The notes: a model not told the origin generated them from the sequence alone. DNA of 62,933 nucleotides, filler included, from Pelomyxa schiedti (GCA_020536535.1; 8 parts of 8 records of this genome joined end to end with filler, not necessarily neighbours in it); one strand, 5' to 3'. Shown: positions 22,673-37,044, numbered from the whole stretch's first letter. Made by a program: numbers and translations.

Positions 22673-25600
22673 TTATGACGACAAGAAAGATGATGTGGCG
22701 GCAGCAGCAGTTGTGGTTGATGATGGATTGAGATGGCAAGGGAAGCTCGCCGCCATATCTTCGAGGCACCCCGCGATGCGTGCGGCCAACTCGCGGTTGT
22801 CACTCGTTGTGGTTGTTGTTGTTGAGGGTGCCGTGGCAGCGGTGGATGCCGATTGTTGCTGTTCGTTGTTGGTTGTTGTTGTGGAACCTTCAAACAGGAT
22901 GCTGGCACATGTCATCAGCATTCTCTCGATTGCCGGAAATGACGGCCGGTTGCTCTCTGTGTGTTTTGTCAGGTTGGTGGTTGTGGTGGAGTTGGAGATT
23001 GTAAGTGTGGGGGAAGGAACGAACCGAGGATCGAGAGGCACGACTCGACAACGAGTGAGAACAGACCAACGCAGGCGGAGTGGGTGTTGTTCAACTTGGG
23101 ATCAGAACGAAAGGAAGAAACGATGGCATTCCTCCGGCTGAGGCACTCCACAACAACAAGTTCTCCAGGATCACTTTGGCAAAGCCGGTTCAATTCTGTG
23201 TGTGGTAAGTTATTCCTGATATAATGATTATGGTGAACAAACGAACCGGCAACTTCGGATGAGGAGAGTGAAGTTCGTTGAACCGCCAGAAACTGGGTTA
23301 CTGCACTCGCAGACTTCAGTGGGCTCACTTCTGGTATTGTTCCATTGAGAAGCACACTCAACAAGACCGCGAACTCCCACATGTCACCTGTGGCAGGCCA
23401 TTGTGTTGTTTGGTCAGAATCCATCGTGTGGCAACACCACGACCAGAGAGAAAACAGACAGAGACACACCTTTGAGTCCGTAGTGACGAGTGTGCATCTG
23501 TGGTGGCAGGTAAATTTCTGTGCCAGCCTTGTCTGTGAAACTAACAGGAGGTGCTGCGATGATGCGGTGGCCACCACCAGAAGAACTCTGGAGAGCTCTC
23601 GACACTCCTGCAAATAAAAAAAACAAAAGTAAAAGATTCATCCTATTTATTATTGAGGAGGAACCAAAATCAGCAATTTTTGGAGTTCCATGAGAATCAA
23701 TGAGAACGTTGTTGCATGTCAGGTCCCGGTGCATGTAATTCCTCCTGTATCTCCCAATGAGTTCATGAACATTGTGAAACTTATCAGGGGAAAGAAAACA
23801 AACAAGTGAAGTGCAGCCATCCCTTTGGAAATTCCTGAAGAGAGTGCAACAATTTCTGTGAACATCAAACTTTTCTGCAAAGGCAACAACAATTAATTCC
23901 ACAAGATTGAGGAAGGAGAATAAAAAAACATGATGGAGGAGCTGTGTCAGGCTCATTTCCATGAGCTCCGAGACAATCAAGAGGGACCCCGTGCTTGTTG
24001 TGCATGTTCCAAGGCATCTCACAATGTTGGGGTGCCTTAAACTTGATGAAATCTGGATGGGATTTTTGTGTGTTTGTGAGTCAATGACTATTTTTTTGGT
24101 TTTGAGTGGTTGGTTAAGCTTTCTCTCTCACTCACTCACCACAGCTTCCTGCTGAAATTGGGTGACGTTGAAATCACTCCTAATGAGTTCATGAAGTGCT
24201 TTCACTGCAACGAATGTTGTTGTTTCTGATGTTGATGATGATAACGATGATGAGGAGGGGAAAGTGTTGTGGAGGAAGGAGCACTTGTAAACAGTTCCAT
24301 ACGAGCCCACTCCAAGTTGAGAAACAAATTTCAGGTCTTTCTCTTGTATTGTGGTGGTTGATTTGATTCGAACCTTGATTGACACAGCAACTGCGCTGCC
24401 TTGTTGCTGTTGTTTTTGAATGTCATCCAAGGTTCTGGATGAATCTGTCAACAGTTCCTCTGAGTTATTTTCTGAACAAACAGTGAAGATGAGTTGTTGA
24501 GTTGGTTCGACACCAAACTTCCTTGTGATGATAAGGTTCACAACCTGCATTTGTTTAATTTGTTTCCAGGAGAAAGAGAATGGGGAGTTCAATTCAAGGG
24601 GGAGAGGAGTCGTACCATTTGAAGAGGACAGAAGGCACACACAATTTCATCAAAAGAGGGAAGATCCTCAAAAGCAATCCTGACTTGTGATGGTTTGCAG
24701 TTGTTGGATTCAGGGAGAATGTTGCACCATGTGCCTTCTCCTTGTTCAACATGTGACATCATATGAGTGGTGTCTGGCTTTACAGTTAGAATGAGGTGTG
24801 TTATATCATGTGTGTGCCATGGTTCATGGTTGAGAAAGGGGGTGTTGTGAACATTCATACAGTGTTGGAGAAATGCTCTTTCATCACAAAAGATCTTCAG
24901 ATTCTTTGCACTTTCTTCCTCCAGCGTTGTGATGTGTGCCTCCAGTTCCATGAGCTCTGAGTTGGAAGGGAAAAAGGGTTTGAGGGTGAGCCAACATGTT
25001 CACTTGCTCGAATTTGAAAAAAGAAAAAGAAAAACTGTTGTTCTTTGCAGTCATGTCCATCAGATTTTTTTCTTGCAACCTTTGGAGTTCCATCTGTGGG
25101 GGAATGTGTTGTCAAAAGAGATCATTATTATAAGACCAAACACAGACCTCTGAATTCTGTTTCACTTGATATGTTCGCATTGATGAAACAGGTGTCAGAA
25201 TCAAAAAGAGAGGCAAAGGGAGGAAAGTGAATGAAAGGGGGAACAAACAGTTATGTTGCAGTTCACGGGACCTTTGTTGGTCAACTTCTCTGCATTTTCT
25301 TTCATCATGGAGAAGCTTCAGGTTCTTGGCGTTTTCATCCTCCAATTGTGTGATTCGTGCATTCAGTTCTGTGATTTCTCCTTTTTCAGTCAAAGTGTGA
25401 GTGAGGTGTGCACAAAGTTAATATTTGATGTGAAGGGTTACTCTTCTGCTGTTTTACAGTGATTTCCCAGTTTCTTTCTTGTGGAAGCCCAACAATGGGC
25501 TTGACACTGCAGATTACGCCACAACCCTCTTCAGGAGCTTTGGACACCACATTGCTGGTGGTCCTGGTAGTGGTGATTGGTGCCGTTTCTGCCTTAGTCG

Positions 25601-26279
25601 TTGTTGCTGAGGGTTGCACTTGTGGTGGTGGAAAGGTGAGCTTTGAGGATTGAATAATTCTCGAGTTGTGATCCTTCAGGAGGTTGCAGATATCAGTGAA
25701 TTTGCATCTTGTTGCCACATCAAATGGTGTTTCACGTTGGATGTTTTTGCGGTTTGTGTCAACTCCATTGACTTTGAGCAGAACCTTCACCCCTTCCACC
25801 AATCCCATTTCACAAGCCTTGTGCAGTGCTGTTTCACCATTCGTCATTGATAAGTTGACATCCACACGTGGGCACTCAAGCAACGCCACCACAACACGCA
25901 TGTGTTTCTGCCCACATGCCTCGACCAGTGGGCACCCCTTGTTCACATCCACATCTGGTCTTGGCACCAACATCCTCACCACTGCTTCGTTGCCCTCACG
26001 AGCAGCGTGACACAGTGGTGTTCGACCATAACTGTCGGTTTTGTTTGGGTCGATCGGGGGGTTGCGTGATGTACCCACGCCAAGGAGCTGCCCAACAAGC
26101 GACTCGTGCCCGTACGCACACGCAAAGTGAAGCATGGTCCAACTACAAGCATCAATGGGGGTGTTGATGTCCCATGTGGGCGACGGCAACTCAGGCATGG
26201 TGCCACACGAGCACACATGACGCATGGCCTCGTATTGCTGCTGCTGATCCAATTGTGGGTCGCTGGGAATGTTGCCCAT
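22673..26279 (-). CDS. Ankyrin-repeat / coiled-coil / TKL protein kinase
   Basis: Ankyrin TPLCHAAREG and TALHKACEMG; coiled coil; LGVGSYGTVYKC, VAVK, HRDLTCNNVL, DFG, GTEIYLPPQ. Confidence 0.8.
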
Positions 26280-27219
26280 CGTATCTGTTGGTGGACAAGT
26301 TGGAGGGAGGGGAAAAAAAGTGTTAGTGATGGAACTGATGGTTGTTGTCGAACTTCAGGGTTGTTATTTCAAGTACCGTTCGAAATTTGTTGCCAAGTCC
26401 CAACAAGTACTTGCGTATCTGTTAGCGCGTTGTTTTCGTTGAGGTCACCTTGATTTCCCCTAAATCAACGTGAAAATGGCATTGTGAGGTCGAAGTGGGA
26501 GCTCCCAATGTGGACACAGTGGTCCCCAGGTGGTCTCTGTTCCAGCCCCCTCCTCCTCCCCATGTACTTTCTGAAAGCAAACAATTTTTTTCTTTTAGTG
26601 CCGAAGTGAAGTGGGTGGAGGCGGAAGTAAAGCCTGACATTGCACTCTGTTCGTCAGCCCTTCTGTTGTCGTTGAGTGGGGTGATGTTAAAAAGGGAATG
26701 TACCTTGGTCACGCTCGCACGCAACGCGCATGGCCTGGTACTGCTGATCCAATTGCGGGAATGTTGTTGCCCATCCTCTCTCAGTGGGCAGGTTGGAGTA
26801 GAGGAAAAAAGTGACTGTGATGGATTAGCCAAAGATGAAGATGTTCTCTCAAATGCCGCAATGACGGCCGGTTGTTCTGTGTGTTGAGTGGGACTGAGAA
26901 TGGGAACAGTGTTTGGTGAAGGGAAGACAAACTGAGGGACGCTCTCTCACCACTGCTCATTGGGGGCGGGTCCTCACCATGTGTGACCAAGAGGAACAGC
27001 AGTCGTTGGTTCTGTGCGATTGCGGCGACCTGGGAATGTTGTTGCCGCGATGTTCGCGAGGGACCTGGTGATGTGCCCCATCACGTCGTCGTCGTTATTG
27101 TTGTTGTTGGTCGACGGGCNNNNNNNNNNNNNNNNNNNNNNNNNNNNNNNNNNNNNNNNNNNNTTAATTAATTAANNNNNNNNNNNNNNNNNNNNNNNNN
27201 NNNNNNNNNNNNNNNNNNN

Positions 27220-29554
27220 TGTATCCCATTGATTTCCTTCAAGGCCGTTGGGTCTTGCAGCTGTGGACGGTTATTGGACAAACGTGTACAAATCATTCTC
27301 TTCTACATACACGATTGGATACACAAAGAGAGTGAACGGAATCTCTGTTCCTGCTGTCATTCAGTTCACATTCTCGTTGGGTTCGATGAGGAAGTATTTC
27401 ACGTCCATGAGTCTCACTGAAACTGGATCAGCCTATCTCCTCGACCCTATCCTTCAGGCAAGTAGAAATACAAATTGCTGCTTTTTCCTCTCTCACAAAT
27501 CTTCCTAGATGATGGCCGCCACTCCCGGACTGAATCTCACTTATCTAAATGGAACTTTAATGAGTGCCCCCAACAGCCCATTTGAAACAGTCTCGGTGCC
27601 CACCAACACTTGGCTAAATCTCACAAATCATGTACACGCGGAAGCACATTTTACGGTAATACTATCTAATGGAAGTTGCTTTGTCGACGTTTTCCCTGTA
27701 ACTGCCGATGGTGGGCTCACTCTTTGGCTCACCCTTGTCACTCCTGAACGTGTAAGACACCTTTTCCCAAATTCACTATTTTTAGCACTAAGTGGATCAA
27801 TCTCAGGATTTCCTTTCCACCATTACCGAACAACAACAGCAGTCGTTGTCAGAGGCACACACCTCGCTCTGGGCAGTATTAGGCGTGGAGCTATTCATAG
27901 CATTGGTGGCAATTATCCTAAGCATAACGCTGGCTGTGGTTCTTGCAGCGTCACTCAAGAAAGTCACCACAAAATTGCATGGTGTATCAACTGGAAAATT
28001 TTCTAGGTTCCATACTTCCTATAAGTAAGTATTTATCCTCACGTTGAAAAACCAGACGAGACAGTTCCACTGTATTAAGAACGAGTGCAATCAAAGAAAT
28101 TGATATGGTGTGATCTCAAATCTCTGTTCGATCTCTTATAAATGCAAGCTAAACGCCGAAGTTCGCACAATGCAGAGCACTCTTGAGTCTTTCAGTCAGT
28201 GCGTTCTTTCTTTTCTTATTGTTATTTCCATTCATTATTTTCTCGGAAAATAGATACGTTCCAACACAAGTTGTCAGGCGTGTGGCTTCCCAGGTTGGTT
28301 CGCAACTAACATGTGGTCCATAATACAGGCACCTGTGCAAAAACAAGTTGAGACCGGTTGTCGGATTCCGCACCTTGAAGTGCGTTATTATGTTTCTCGA
28401 CATAGTTGATTTTGTATGTAAAAGTCAAGGTTATTATTATATTTCTAAATGGTTTTTCTCCAAGACCAAGAACATGGACACATATGGACCTCAGATCATC
28501 ATTGAAGTTCTTTCAATGATGTTTGAATCCTTTTCTACCATTATCACAAAAAATTCTGGCACAATTGACAAGGTTTATTTTACTTAATGCAAACAATGCC
28601 AAACTTACTGTGCCCCTACATGCAGTACATTGGAGATGCGATAATGGTATCCCCCATCCCGCTTTTAATTGTTGCGCTTAACTTCTGTAAAGGCTCTTTG
28701 GGGATGCCCTGAAGCTATGCAAGCCCCTGAAATGCGGGCGTGCATAGCAGTGGACGAAATTCTTGATGAACTTGCAAAATTAAATGTTACGTTCCTCCGC
28801 AGGTTTAACATCTCGATGCACGTCCGAATCGGGGTACCACTCTCCTTTTCTCTTCTTCCGCGTCAAATAACTGGTTTCCGCAAAGTTGCACTTTGGAGAA
28901 GTGAGAGCCGGAAATGTTGGGTACCTGCATTTCCTTCATGTATGATTAGTACTGACGACATATTACAGGTCAAGCCAGAGATTGAACTATACCGTGTTGG
29001 GTGAGTCTGAAACTTCTAAAATAATAATCACGATTATCATCTGACAACTCTGACAGGAAGCTCAGTGAACCTTGCGGCAAGGTTGGAACCATTGAACAAG
29101 GAACTCGGAACGTGCGTTCTTGTGACTGACAGCATCAGGAATCCCTGTTGCAAGTCCTTCTCATTCCGGGCACTCGGCAGAATCTATGTATTTCGCGCTA
29201 CCGTTCTTAATTCCTCCTTACCTCCATGTAGGTTCGAGGGTTCAAAGACCCCATCCTTATTCACGAATTCTTTGGTTCCACATTCAAGTGCGTTCATTCT
29301 TTTTCCCTATTTATAAGTGATTCTCAAATCCACACAGAGTTGACAGCAAGTCCCAAATGTTGCTTCAAGATTATGACACTGTAGATCAGGCCCTATGCCT
29401 GTGCCAAGCCGGTGAGGTCGTACAACAGCTGTTGGAGGAATTTATTCTCAAGTATCCACATGACAAACCAGTCACACACGCCCTTGAACTACTCCACAAA
29501 TCAGAGGGACAACCACCACCCAGCATCAGTGAGACCACGGTCATGTCACATTGA
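27220..29554 (+). CDS. Membrane-anchored class III adenylyl cyclase, copy A (5' truncated)
   Basis: MFLDIVDFT, IDKYIGDAIMALWG, RIGLHFG, GNVGS..RLNYTVLG, VNLAARLEPLNK. Confidence 0.88.
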
Positions 29555-30068
29555 CCCCCTTTTGTATGGGGCAAAGCAACAAACCCCTATTTACACAGAA
29601 ACACAGAATCAAATCACTATGTAATTTTTGAATGTGTTTGGTGCTTTGAAGAAGAAAAAACTTTCGAAACTTTTTCCTGTCTCTTTCTTCATACACCCCA
29701 TCAAAGACCGAAGTTCTGCTCCGGAGAGTGCCAGCTCATGTAAGTTCCCCTAGATATCGCTCAACTCCAGTTCTCTGATCAGAGCTTCGCTGGAGTTGCC
29801 GTAGGTCACTGCCCCCCAAAGCCAGTGGTACTCACCATCAACGCACCCACCAGAAAGATTTGGATGTTCAATCAACGCAAACTGGGAAAGATGGCGGGTA
29901 TGTCTCCTTATTTGGGGCCATTCTTGTAAATACTGTGCACAAACGGTTGTACTGTTTCGCCTTGTTGGTTTTTTCGGGGCGCTAAAAAAGAATAACTGGA
30001 AAGGACGTACCAGGCCCGAAGGAGGAGGAAACAATAAGGAAAAAACACCAAGCCACACACGACCAAAG

Positions 30069-33000
30069 ATGCCCATCATCAAGAGCACCAGCAACAAGGT
30101 GGCCGACATCAGCCGGGCAACCAAGAATGACGACGAGGAGAGTCACACACCACCTCGGAGGGACAGCCACACGGCCCAGAGCCACACCACGGTAGCCAGC
30201 ACCAACGACAACGAGTTCCTCGACGTAATCGGCGTGCCGGTCGAGGACTGCGCCGAGTTGCGTCGGCGAAACGGCGGGCTCCGGGGGGCGTTTCCGCTAA
30301 AAGCGGTCGTCCCGCTCTCGTCCGTGGCCATTGTGTTGTGCGTAATTATCGTTTGTGTCGTTCCAATGACGCAACAATGGAGCAAATCCCTCAACACAGT
30401 CTCTGACACAGCAAAATCAAACCTCCTCGATGTATGCTATTTTCGATTTTGCTTCTTCACGTAAAAAACGCCCTTGAACACACACACCGTAACTCACCAA
30501 AAACCGTGCAACAAACCATTCACTCAATCACACACACACAGGCATTGGAACTTTACCGACGGTCACTTGCAGAACAGGCAGTATCCAACATCAGCACACT
30601 TGTGCAACAGGCTCCTGCTTTGGCTGACTTGATCGAGGGTGCTGTCCTCGAGGAGGCTTACACCACACTGGTTCCCGTGTCGAACGACTCTTCGCTGTTT
30701 CGCCAAGTCCTCCGTCCTATAAACCTTGGCTGGAGAGACTTCACAAATATTGTGTGTTCCATCTGTACAGTTTTTGCAAATCAACACTCTGGTTCAGATG
30801 ACTGCATGGCAAAACTCAAATGGAGATCATGCATATTCTGAGAGATATGCAAGTGTGCCACTTTGTCTCTTGTTCGCTCTAAATTTATTACCCTACTTCA
30901 TCTCAAAAGGTGGATTCTACGTTGTTTATGACAGTGCTCTGAGCCTCGACATGATATCATACAAGTATATAGACGGACTCCCTTCACATAATAAAAGTGG
31001 AGTGATGAAGAACTATAACATCACGATCCAATCTTGGTGGTATGACTTGGATTCTCCTGTCTGTATCCCATTGACTTCCTTCAAGGCCGTTGGGTCTTGC
31101 AGCTGTGGACGGTTATTGGACAAACGTGTACAAATCATTCTCCGCATCAACTGGATACACGATCGGATACACAAAGAGAGTGAACGGAATCCCAGTGCCA
31201 GCCGTCATCCAAATCACATTCTCGTTGGTCTCGATGAGGAAGTATTTCACATCCATGAACCTCACTGAAACTGGATCAGCTTATCTCGTCGATCCCATTC
31301 TTCAGGTGTCTTCTGTTGCTGATTGTTTCTTTTCCTCACATTAACTTCTCATAGTTGATGGCAGCCACTCCTGGATTGAGTATAACTTGGCCAAATGGAA
31401 CGATAATTAATGCTCCTCAAAGCCCAAATGAAACAATTTCTGTGACAACAAATGCTTGGTTGAATTTCACGAATCATGTACACACTGAGGCGCACTTCGA
31501 GATTATGTTGCCCGATGGAAGTTGCTTTATTGACGTTGTTCCCATCACTGCCGATGGTGGTCTGACTCTTTGGCTCACTCTGGTCACTCCTGAACGTGTA
31601 ATATTCTCCCCAGTACTTTCTCGAGTTCACCTCCCAACAGGACTTTCTTTCCAGTATCACAGAACAGCAACAACAAGCGGAGTCTGAGGCACAAACCTCG
31701 CTCTGGGCCGTCTTAGGTGTGGAGCTATTCATAGCAATGGCGGCCATAGTTCTCAGCATATCACTGGCTGTGGTTCTTGCATCGTCACTCAAGAAAGTCA
31801 CTACAAAGTTGCACAGTGTCTCAACTGGAAAGTTTTCAAGGTTTGCACACAACAGCTTTTCCACAATCCTTACTTACTGTGACCAGAACGGATAGTTACA
31901 CATCATTAAAAACGAGCACCATCAAAGAGATTGATATGGTATGCATTGTGGACTCTCAAATTCTTTCTAAATCTGTCAAAGCTAAATGCTGAGGTCTGCA
32001 CGATGCAGAGCACGCTGGAGTCCTTTAGCCAGTGTGTTCTTTTTATTTTCCTGGCTAGTTTTTCCTCATTCTGAATTTTCTTTCTTTTCAGATACGTTCC
32101 AACGCAAGTTGTAAGGCATTTATGCAAGCACAAGTTGCGGCCGGTTGTCGGGTTCCGACCGATGAAGTGCGTTATTATGTTCCTCGACATCGTCGATTTT
32201 GTATGTATCAAATTGTTGCATTTTGTGGTCTTATTGGGATGTTTTTTTTTTTCAGACCAAGAATATGGATGCCTATGGACCTCAGGTAATCATTGAGGTT
32301 CTTTCAGTGATGTTTGAATCCTTTTCTACCATCATTACGAGGAATTCAGGCACTATAGACAAGGTTTGTTTCCCTAAGCAATTCGTTCTTCTAAAGTCTC
32401 ACTGTATCCACATTAGTACATTGGGGACGCCATAATGGTAAATACATTCTTCACCAAATCATGCTTTTCTTATCTTTAAAAAGGCACTTTGGGGATGCCC
32501 TGAGGCTCTGCAGAATCCCGAAATGTGCGCGTGCGTTGCAGTGGATCAAATTCTTGAAGAACTTGCAAAATTGAACGTTACATTCCGGCACAAGTTTAAC
32601 ATCTCGATGCATGTCCGAATTGGGGTATGACTCCTTTTCTCCTGTACCCCAACTAAGTTCAATCAAGTTGCACTTTGGAGAAGTGAGAGCCGGAAATGTG
32701 GGGTAAATTCGCCGCACTCTTCCTTTTTTTCCCCCACTCAACTCCTTCCGCAGGTCAAGCCAGAGATTGAACTATACCGTGTTGGGTGAGTCTGATACTT
32801 CTAAAATAATAATCACGATTATCATCTGACAACTCTGACAGGAAGCTCAGTGAACCTTGCGGCAAGATTGGAACCATTGAACAAGGAACTCGGAACGTGC
32901 GTTCTTGTCACTGACAGCATCAGGAATCCCTGTTGCAAGTCTTTCTCATTCCGGGCACTCGGCAACATCTATGTAGTTACCCCGACTACTACAAACCATT

Positions 33001-33340
33001 CCATTAGATTACTAACACCCAAGTTCAGGTCCGAGGGTTCAAGGACCCCATCCTTGTTCACGAATTCTTTGGTTCCACATTCAAGTGTGTCTTTGCTTCT
33101 CATTTCCTTGCCTGAGTGTTCTCACATCAACACAGAGTTGACAGCAAGTCCCAACTGTTGCTTCAGCAATACGGCGCTATTGACGAGGCGCTGTGTAAAG
33201 CTGACAACATTGATCATACGGACCTACAACACTTGATTGAGGAGTTCATTACAAAATTCCCTGAAGATAAACCAGCTGCACGAGCCCTTGACCTGCTCCA
33301 CAAATCTGAGATACCACCCAGCAATAGTCACACATATTGA
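30069..33340 (+). CDS. Membrane-anchored class III adenylyl cyclase, copy B
   Basis: TM - extracellular domain - TM - catalytic domain with the same motifs as copy A; many short introns. Confidence 0.88.
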
Positions 33341-33720
33341 TTATTATATACTACCCCCACAATTTCACCCAACACAGTCACCAAGCCTCCCACACACAAG
33401 GGTGACAGAGAGTGCTTGTATGTTATTAAAAACTGGCGAAAAACTCAAGTTTCCTTATTAAAAACTTCACACCACTGGCACGACACGAAGAGAACGGATG
33501 TACATCAACACCGAAATCCAAAACGGTTTTTTAAGATGAACCCAAAAAGAAAGGTTTGTGTAGGACAACCTCTTCTTGCGCTTGGTTTTCCTTAACCGTT
33601 CCTCTTGTTTGGGAAATGTTCCACAAGGGAATAAAAGCCGCTTTTATTCGAAACCAAACACAACACTAAAAAAAAAAAAACCAAACCAAACCCACCCAAC
33701 AAAGAAAACCATTACCAACC

Positions 33721-36700
33721 ATGCCACTAGTAACAACAACCAACAACAAAGTAGCAGACAGAGGCACGACACCATCAATAGGTTCTTCAATCAAGGACAA
33801 CGAATACCTAGATGGCATCGGAGTCCCCATTGAAGGGGACGTCTCCTCGAACTCTGCGGAACGAGGCCAACCGGGACACAGACGCCGGAAAAACAGGGGA
33901 ATGTGCACTGGGGCTTTCCCGCTAAAAGTAGTAGTTCCGCTATCGTCAGTCGCCATCGTCGTGTGCGTCATAGTCGTGTGCCTGGTACCCATGACCCAGC
34001 AATGGAATGAATCCTTGAACAAAGTGTCCAGCACCGCAAAGACGAACCTCCTTGAGGTACTTCTCTATTTTTTCAAAACAGTTGACGAAAATTCTTTGTC
34101 GTTGATTCACTGATGAACAGGCACTGGAACTGTACAGGAGGCTGTTGGCGGTACAGGCTATTTCTAATATCAGCTCGTGGGTCCAGCAGGCACCCAACTT
34201 GGCCAATCTGATTGAAGGTGCCGTTCTGGAGGAGGCCTACACAACGGCGGTACCAGTTTCAACAGATTCTTCCCTCTTTAGGCAGATACTTCTTCCTATT
34301 AACGTCGGCTGGAAAGACTTCACCAACGTAGTGAGTGCTTTTTCCTTGTTTTAGTTTTTTTGTTGTTGTTATCTCGTCGATTTTAATTAACTGGGAGTTT
34401 TTCTTGTTAAGATGACTGCATGGAAAAACTCCAATGGAGATCATGCATATTCTGAGAGATATGCAAGTGTGTCACTTTGTTCGCGATAAATTCTGACACT
34501 ACTCACTCACTTAAAAAGGTGGATTCTACGTTGTTTATGACAGTGCAGTGAGTCACGACCTTATATCATACAAGTATATCAATGGGCTCCCCACAAAAAA
34601 CGTCAGTGGAGTGATGAAGAACTATAACATCACGATCCAATCTTGGTGGTATGTTCGGCACTCTTCTATTGAGTCCCTGAACTCAATTGGTTCACAGGCC
34701 GTTGGGTCTTGCAGCTGTGAATGGTTATTGGACAAACGTGTACAAATCATTCTCTGCATCAACTGGATACACGATCGGATACACAAAGAGAGTGAACGGA
34801 ATCCCAGTGCCAGCCGTCATCCAAATCACATTCTCGTTGGTCTCGATGAGGAAGTATTTCACATCCATGAACCTCACTGAAACTGGATCAGCTTATCTCG
34901 TCGATCCCATTCTTCAGGTACTCACAAAAAACCGATTTTGGTTTGTATTTCTCACGTCAAGTAGTTGATGGCCGCCACACGCGGTCTGAATATAACATAC
35001 CTTAATGGGACAATAATCAAGGCACCCAATAGCCTGAATGAGGAAATTGCCATTACAACCAATGCTTGGCTCAATCTCACGAATCATGTGCACACTGAGG
35101 CGCACTTTACAGTCATGTTGTCCTATGGGAGTTGCTTTGTAGACGTTGTTCCCATCACTGCCGATGGTGGGCTTTCTCTTTGGCTCACCCTTGTCACTCC
35201 TGAACGCGTAAGAAATATTTTCGGGTTCATGGTTTCCATAACATTGGTTTCCAACAGGACTTCCTGTCCAACATCACTGAACAGCAGCACCAAGCTGAAT
35301 CTGATGCACAGACATCATTCTGGGTTATTCTGAGTGTGGAGCTGTTTATTGCAGTAGTAGCCATAGTTCTCAGCATATCTCTGGCTGTGGTTCTTGCCTC
35401 CGCTCTCAAGAAAGTAACAACAAAATTACACAGTGTCTCAACTGGAAGATTTACGAGGTTCGTGCACCTTTTATTACATCGCTCTTAACGTCTGATTAGA
35501 AGTGATAGTTCTGGTTCTTTAAAAACGAGTACAATTAAAGAAATCGATATGGTATAAACCCCAATAAAAAACTCTGGTTCTCAATATCTTTTCAGTTAAA
35601 TGCAGAAGTTTGCACTATGCAGAGCACACTTGAGTCTTTCGGCCAGTGTGTCCTTTTTTCCCTCTTTGTTAGTCACAACTTGTTGACCACATACAGATAC
35701 GTACCCACACAAGTTGTAAGGCACTTGTGCAAAAATAAGCTGAGGCCAGTTGTCGGATTCCGCGCCATGAAGTGCGTTGTGATGTTCCTCGACATCGTCG
35801 ATTTTGTATGTGTCCTTCTGGCAACTCCTGTCTTAATGTTGTTTCTCCAAACAGACCAGTAACATGGACACATATGGGCCTCAGATCATCATTGAAGTTC
35901 TTTCAGTGATGTTTGAATCCTTTTCGACCATTATAACGACGAACTCCGGCACAATTGACAAGGTTTGTTTTACTAAATGCCAACAATGCCAAAACTTACT
36001 GTTCCTCTAACAGTACATTGGAGATGCGATCATGGTATCCCCCATCCCCCTGTTGCAATTGTTGCGCTAAGTACTTTAAAGGCACTTTGGGGATGCCCTG
36101 AATCTATTGAGGATCCCGAAATGTGCGCGTGCGTTGCGGTGGACCAAATTCTTGAAGAACTGGCGAAATTAAATGTAATATTTCTCCACAAGTTCAATAT
36201 CAAAATGCGTGTCCGAATCGGGGTAAGCGGTCTACCTGGTTTCCATAAAAAAATGACACTTATCTAGCTGCACTCTGGAGAAGTGAGGGCTGGAAACGTG
36301 GGGTAAACTCAACTTGTTTCCTTCCTTCAGTTTCCTAATGTCTCTTCAGGTCGAGCCAAAGGCTGAACTATACAGTTTTGGGTGAGTTCTAAATAATTGT
36401 TATCCTTAACACTGATGTACGTTATAGGTAATACTGTCAACCTTGCTGCCCGATTGGAACCATTGAATAAAGAACTTTCGACATCAGTTCTTGTTACAGA
36501 CAGTATCAGGAAAGAAACAGGCCAAGCGTTTTCCTTCCGAGCTCTTGGCAGAATTAACGTAAATTCTTCCATTCCAAACATAAAAGGATACTCAAATGCA
36601 AAAAGGTTAGAGGATTCAAAGAACCTATTCTTGTGCATGAATTCCTTGGAGCAAATCCCAAGTGAGCTTTGCCTTCCCAACATAATATATTATCCCCAGT

Positions 36701-36901
36701 ACGCTAAAATCCCACAATAGGATTGACAGCAAGACTCAGCTCCTACTGCAGCAATTTTCCGGCGTGGACGATGCCCTTTGCAAGCCGGATACCGAGAACA
36801 CTGACGATTCCTCTTTGGAACGGTTACTGCAGGAATTCATAGCCAAATTCCCAGATGACAAGGCAGCAGCACGTGCGCTTGACCTACTACATAAATCGTA
36901 G
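33721..36901 (+). CDS. Membrane-anchored class III adenylyl cyclase, copy C
   Basis: Same architecture and motifs; TAG at 36899-36901. Confidence 0.88.
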
Positions 36902-37044
36902 GGGTACACCAACAACATAGCACTGTAAATACACAAGGATCAGAAAATAATAAATTTTTGAGCATGTAAAAACTTCAATGGCTTTTTTTTTTGTTATATT
37001 TGACAAGGAAATTAAAAATATGGAGGGTGGGTGGTGTTGTGATT

